Below, piece after piece: positions 60,821-64,000 of a stretch of 64,000 nucleotides of DNA (position 1 is its first letter; each line of letters opens with the position of its first letter). The translations under genes were made by a program, and so were the position numbers. Source of the stretch: Gammaproteobacteria bacterium (GTDB taxonomy: Bacteria > Pseudomonadota > Gammaproteobacteria > Pseudomonadales > Azotimanducaceae); the NCBI GenBank assembly GCA_002684495.1, contig NYVG01000014.1, positions 40,326 to 104,325 on the forward strand, written 5' to 3'. A model generated the notes under the pieces. The model did no database searches, was not told the DNA's origin, and saw only the letters and a list, made by a program, of their open reading frames with translations.

Positions 60821-61510
60821 CTAACTTATCCGCTGTTCGTTCACCCCTCCGCCTGCACCCACTCGGACGCCAACGGAGAGACGATTGAGCGCGGCCTCAA
60901 ACTGGTTCCGGGCTGCGGCGGTCAGATTCGGCAGCAAGACCGCGAAGTGGTGTTCTAGCCCCCGCCTTTGATCTTCCGCCGAAAATTCACTGTGTCGTTC
61001 TACTTCGCGCAGGTGATCCAGCCAAAAACGAGTGACCATAAATAAAGTACGAGCCAGCATCTGTAGGTCGGGCACAAACCCCGATCGCATCATGCCGCTT
61101 CGTTTCATCTTCAGCAGACTGCCATGGATCTTCTCTATATCTTCGTTCATGGGCTGATTTCCCTGGGGGCTGGCTAAATTGTCCTGGTACTGCGCATGAT
61201 CTCGGTAAAGAAATCGATAGCGCCACCAATCGCCAAGCCCATACCAGATGCTTTCGACATAAGCATCAACAAACCAGTCGCCCCTGGCAGCGGCACCCCC
61301 ATTACGCCTTTCCAATGCCTGGGCACGTGCCCGCCGTTCGATTTCGAACGCTAGGTCTTTCTTCGTTGAAAAATAGTAAGTGAGATTACCCTTAGCGATA
61401 CCCACTTCTTTGGCGATCTCTGAAAGCGAAGTCGCTGCAAAGCTTTTCTCGTTAAATAGCGTCAGGCTGGCTTCAATAATCCGCTCACGAGTCGTAAGGC
61501 GATCGTGCAT
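60821..61510 (-). CDS. TetR/AcrR family transcriptional regulator
   Basis: TRERIIEASLTLFNE..ATSLSEIAKEVGIAKGNLTYYF; YRFLYRD. Confidence 0.92.
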   Translation of the reverse strand: MHDRLTTRERIIEASLTLFNEKSFAATSLSEIAKEVGIAKGNLTYYFSTKKDLAFEIERRARAQALERRNGGAAARGDWFVDAYVESIWYGLGDWWRYRFLYRDHAQYQDNLASPQGNQPMNEDIEKIHGSLLKMKRSGMMRSGFVPDLQMLARTLFMVTRFWLDHLREVERHSEFSAEDQRRGLEHHFAVLLPNLTAAARNQFEAALNRLSVGVRVGAGGGVNEQRIS

Positions 61511-61621
61511 TTATTGTTCTCCCAAACTGCAAGTATAGATCTGCCTTGCTAAGCGTGCCGCTTTGTTCCCAAAACCGCAAAAAGACCGCCGTTGACGTTT
61601 TTAGTACGAGCGGACTATTAT

Positions 61622-61637
61622 TAGGTCAGTCGTCCTA
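61622..61637. promoter_or_regulatory. Imperfect palindrome, candidate TetR operator
   Basis: TAGGTC-AGTC-GTCCTA (one mismatch) in the TetR/receptor divergent spacer, 50 bp upstream of the receptor ATG. Confidence 0.5.
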
Positions 61638-61686
61638 TTTTGCAACCAATCGAGCAAAACCAAAGGCTAATTGAGGGGAATTGATA

Positions 61687-64000
61687 ATGAATATTTTGAC
61701 CAATTTTACTGCCTTCACCCTATTCGGGTTCGCTGCGGCAATTAGCGCAGCAGAATCTGCGCAGGAGGGCACGCGGGTAATCGAGGAAATCGTCGTCACC
61801 GCCCAGAAGCGCGCCGAGAGCTTACAAAAAGTGCCTGTCGCGGTTAACGCTTTCACAGAGGCTGCCATTCAGGACGCGGGGATCGGCAACCTTGGCGATT
61901 TGGCGGTCATGACGCCTAGTCTCAGCGCGACCACTAATCTGAATCCATTTAATACCAGATTAACCATTCGCGGTATCGGCACCTCGCAAAACGACCCTGC
62001 TCTGGAGCCATCCGTGGGTCTGTTTGTAGATGGTGTATTCATGGCGCGCACAGGTTTGGGTGCGGCGGACCTGACCGACATCGAACGGATTGAGGTGCTC
62101 CAAGGTCCACAGGGCACCCTATACGGAAAGAACACCAACGCGGGTGCGATTAGCATCACTACTAAACGACCAAATCTAGAAAGTTATGAGGGTTACCTCG
62201 AAGCTGGTGTTGGCGATCACAACATGACCAAGCTAACGGCAACTATTGCAGGGCCATTGGCGGACACCCTAGCATTGCGAATTTCAGGAAACATGCATCA
62301 GCGTGGGGCTTACTATGACAACGAGGGCTTCGGCGTCGATGACCAAGATGAAGTCGACGATTGGAACCTGCAAGGAAAACTACTGTGGCAGCCTTCCGAT
62401 CAATTAAGTTTCCTGCTTAATGCAGTACGTATAGAAAGGGATACGACATGTTGTGGTGCCGACGCCACGCATAGTCCGGCTATGCAAGCTGTGCTCAATA
62501 GCAAGGGATTCGCGCCAGACAGCAATGACCCATATGACTATATCGTCGCCACTGATTTCCAAGACGAGTTCAGCCAGGAGACGGATCTAATTTCACTGCG
62601 TATTGAATACGATCTGGAGTGGGCTTCGCTAACATCCATTACTGCCAGGGACAACTACGCTTATAAAACGAGCACCGATCCCGATCGGTCGCAATTGGAC
62701 ATTTTGTCTATTGTGGATGAGCCATACGAAGGGAACAGCTTCTCCCAAGAGCTACGGTTGGACGGCTCTTTTAACGCGTTAGTCGACTACCAGCTTGGGC
62801 TGTTTTACTACGATCAAAACACTCAACGAGGCGATCGGACCCCTTCTGTCTTTATCGGCACTGACTTCATCACCGTTGCTGACTTGACCTTGTTACCTAT
62901 TTTGCAGGCTACGGGTGCGCCCTTTCCGTCTGTTGGATTCATCGCCCAACCAGGCGATTTTGCTGCTTACCAAAACACTTGGGAGAGCCAGACAATTGCG
63001 ACGTTTGGGCAAGCCACTTGGCACCTAGGCGAAGGTTGGCACCTAACCGGTGGTCTGCGCTGGACGAGGGAGGAGCGAGAGGCTGAGCTCTTTAGCGAGA
63101 CTACTTCTACAGCTCCCTTAGTCCAAGCGGCAACAGCCCAGGCAATGATGGCCGGCATACCAGCAGAGCAGGCCAGAATTATCGGTATGGGTGCGGCATT
63201 CCTCAGCGGGGCCGCCACACCGATAAACACAACGCTTGAGAGAAAAACCGACAACGTGGACTGGCTCATAAAGTTGGCATACGACATAAGCGAAGACGTC
63301 ATGATCTATGGCAGCGTCTCAACAGGTCACAAGTCTGGTAATTTCAATGGCGTTGGCGGTCCACCCGAGGAGCGGGAATTCGATGATGAGGGAACCATCA
63401 GCTACGAATTGGGGCTGAAATCCAGCCTGTTGGATTCGACACTGCGATTGAACCTTGCGGCCTTTTCTTCTGAGATTGAGGACTACCAGTTCCAGGCGCA
63501 GAATCCCGTTTTCGGCACATTTGTTAGCAATGACGGAAAAGCAAAGGTATCCGGTATGGACCTCCAGCTCGAAGCGGTTCCATTGGACTATCTCACGCTA
63601 ACGGCTGGGCTACTGTATATGAATGAGTACAAAATCACCGAGGGGCCGCGGCAGGGAGAGGATCTCGCGTACACTGCAGATTGGAGCGGCAATCTCGGTG
63701 CTAACCTTATATTACCGCTGGCAAACGGCAGCCTCTACATGCGCGCAGACTACATCTTCATGGATGACCACCTCACTAATCGTGCAACAAGCGCTGTTCC
63801 GAGCATAGACATAGACGATCGCAGTTTGCTCAATGCCCGCATTGGCTGGCGCGACGCCAATTGGGACATCTCGCTTTGGGGTAAGAACATAACCGACGAC
63901 AAGTACGCGAATTTTACGCCCGATATCAACCCCATTGGCTTCACGAGCACTTATTTCCTTGCGCCTCCAAGCACCTACGGCGCGACATTGCGCTATGACT
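61687..64000 (+). CDS. TonB-dependent outer membrane receptor (last codon cut by window edge)
   Basis: GAGGGG RBS; MNILTNF... signal peptide; IEEIVVTAQKRAESLQKVP; IRGIG; DIERIEVLQGPQGTLYGKN; ends in the same frame PSTYGATLRYD then T, consistent with a terminal Phe. Missing from the ORF track. Confidence 0.93.
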   Translation, partial: MNILTNFTAFTLFGFAAAISAAESAQEGTRVIEEIVVTAQKRAESLQKVPVAVNAFTEAAIQDAGIGNLGDLAVMTPSLSATTNLNPFNTRLTIRGIGTSQNDPALEPSVGLFVDGVFMARTGLGAADLTDIERIEVLQGPQGTLYGKNTNAGAISITTKRPNLESYEGYLEAGVGDHNMTKLTATIAGPLADTLALRISGNMHQRGAYYDNEGFGVDDQDEVDDWNLQGKLLWQPSDQLSFLLNAVRIERDTTCCGADATHSPAMQAVLNSKGFAPDSNDPYDYIVATDFQDEFSQETDLISLRIEYDLEWASLTSITARDNYAYKTSTDPDRSQLDILSIVDEPYEGNSFSQELRLDGSFNALVDYQLGLFYYDQNTQRGDRTPSVFIGTDFITVADLTLLPILQATGAPFPSVGFIAQPGDFAAYQNTWESQTIATFGQATWHLGEGWHLTGGLRWTREEREAELFSETTSTAPLVQAATAQAMMAGIPAEQARIIGMGAAFLSGAATPINTTLERKTDNVDWLIKLAYDISEDVMIYGSVSTGHKSGNFNGVGGPPEEREFDDEGTISYELGLKSSLLDSTLRLNLAAFSSEIEDYQFQAQNPVFGTFVSNDGKAKVSGMDLQLEAVPLDYLTLTAGLLYMNEYKITEGPRQGEDLAYTADWSGNLGANLILPLANGSLYMRADYIFMDDHLTNRATSAVPSIDIDDRSLLNARIGWRDANWDISLWGKNITDDKYANFTPDINPIGFTSTYFLAPPSTYGATLRYD

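Noticed and set aside
61635-63950. Several short ORFs listed in the track
   Set aside because: All are shadows of the TonB receptor, which lacks a stop inside the window.
1-64000. CRISPR arrays, tRNA/rRNA, IS elements, prophage or defence genes, selenocysteine readthrough
   Set aside because: None seen by eye, and intact genes cover nearly all of the window. Short RNAs cannot be excluded without a covariance-model scan.

Overview
Gene-dense accessory and catabolic region, about 50 CDS, from a moderate-GC bacterium. The gene content (DUF3604 proteins, TonB-dependent receptor, many SDR, LLM, GST and CoA enzymes) resembles marine Gammaproteobacteria, which is an inference. I found no rRNA, tRNA, CRISPR array, transposase or integrase. 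Left to right: a Fur-box-preceded PepSY-TM operon; assorted hydrolases, an M3 peptidase and HupE/UreJ; a Tat-exported SpdH-like flavoprotein with a divergent TetR and palindromic operator; apt; a class III aminotransferase, PhyH dioxygenase, SDRs and a BVMO; an AT-richer Rieske/MFS/beta-propeller/CmcJ/tannase block; a single-chain acyl-CoA carboxylase with a double-domain CoA-transferase; and a 16 kb cluster (47.7-64 kb). That cluster holds two DUF3604 lipoproteins, two paralogous six-cysteine unknown proteins, three DUF1330-type proteins around a sulfatase, two GSTs, a TetR and a TonB-dependent receptor, and is the best candidate for an undescribed system. Not in the supplied ORF track: the TonB receptor (61687 to window end), a partial hydrolase at the left edge, two RBS-bearing small ORFs at 58402-58532, and most of a truncated SDR remnant. 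Family calls come from motif recognition by eye; no searches were run.
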